Virus record (IMG/VR): IMGVR_UViG_3300036831_000148
Location: 64,001 to 128,000 of that record
Origin: a virus
Reading direction: 5' to 3' (one strand)
DNA: 64,000 nt
The translations under genes and the position numbers were made by a program. The notes under the pieces are model-generated. The model was not told the DNA's origin. It saw nothing but the letters and a program-made list of their open reading frames with translations, and did not search any database. Of the stretch, positions 63,776 through 64,000 are shown piece by piece (the first letter of the stretch is position 1; each line of letters begins with the position of its first letter).

Positions 63776-64000
63776 ACTACAGGCTAAAGGCTGGCCTTTA
63801 CTCCTGTCAAGAGAATCAGCGGGGATTCTTCCGGTCCGCCAGCAGCCGCAGCGCGGGCACCGGCCCGGTCACCCTCTCCTGGGTTCCCCGCTCGCGCTGC
63901 CATGCCTGCGCAAGGCCGATGCGGGCGCGCCAGGCGAGCTGGGAGACGGCGGCCGGGCTCAGGCCCCACTCAGTTGCCAGGCTGGTCACCGGGAAGCCCT

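Larger units (their letters stand above)
13836..63811. promoter_or_regulatory. dispersed palindrome CTTGAC-N4-GTCAAG (-35 box/operator), about 30 copies
   Basis: 16-mers starting at 13836, 25653, 27316, 34095, 40449, 40473, 41268, 43241, 45925, 46578, 46602, 47137, 47911, 49802, 50783, 51103, 52558, 53143, 53782, 54904, 55722, 56014, 56534, 57884, 59914, 60162, 60725, 61253, 62949, 63796; all intergenic or at gene ends. Confidence 0.92.

Noticed and set aside
1-64000. Genome-wide stop-codon reassignment
   Set aside because: TAG, TGA and TAA all end genes at sensible positions; only one internal TAG was seen.

Overview
Very GC-rich (by eye about 70-75%) segment that reads as part of a large actinobacterial phage or phage-plasmid. 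No capsid or tail genes, rRNA, tRNA or CRISPR array are visible, and nearly all real genes are on the minus strand. The left ~40 kb is a replication/recombination/nucleotide-metabolism region: DnaX, DnaN, delta- and delta'-like clamp-loader subunits, a family A DNA polymerase with a DnaE-like C-terminal tail, DnaB, a primase Zn domain, RecA, RusA, SSB, SbcD plus a split SbcC, a Cas4-like nuclease, NADAR, MazG, a HAD phosphatase, a large radical SAM protein, a split repeat-rich C5 methyltransferase, two sigma-like factors, an SNF2 helicase, a GH25 endolysin and a VirD4-like coupling protein. The right ~24 kb is an array of small hypothetical genes built as cassettes. Each has a palindrome CTTGAC-N4-GTCAAG that is also the -35 box (about 30 copies in the window), a -10 box, a conserved leader CG-RRR-GGCAGGCA just before the start codon (21 copies) and often a terminator hairpin. 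The most notable observation is an ~810-nt, highly structured, apparently non-coding minus-strand transcript (about 63775 to 62964). Its 3' hairpin loop (GAUUGGUUGCCUGCCUUUCGCA) is complementary to that 21-copy leader and looks like the actinobacterial 16S anti-Shine-Dalgarno with one inserted G, matching a C inserted in the SD-like leaders. This suggests a phage-encoded RNA that addresses a whole gene class through a private SD/anti-SD code. All annotation is by eye from motifs; no database searches were run.
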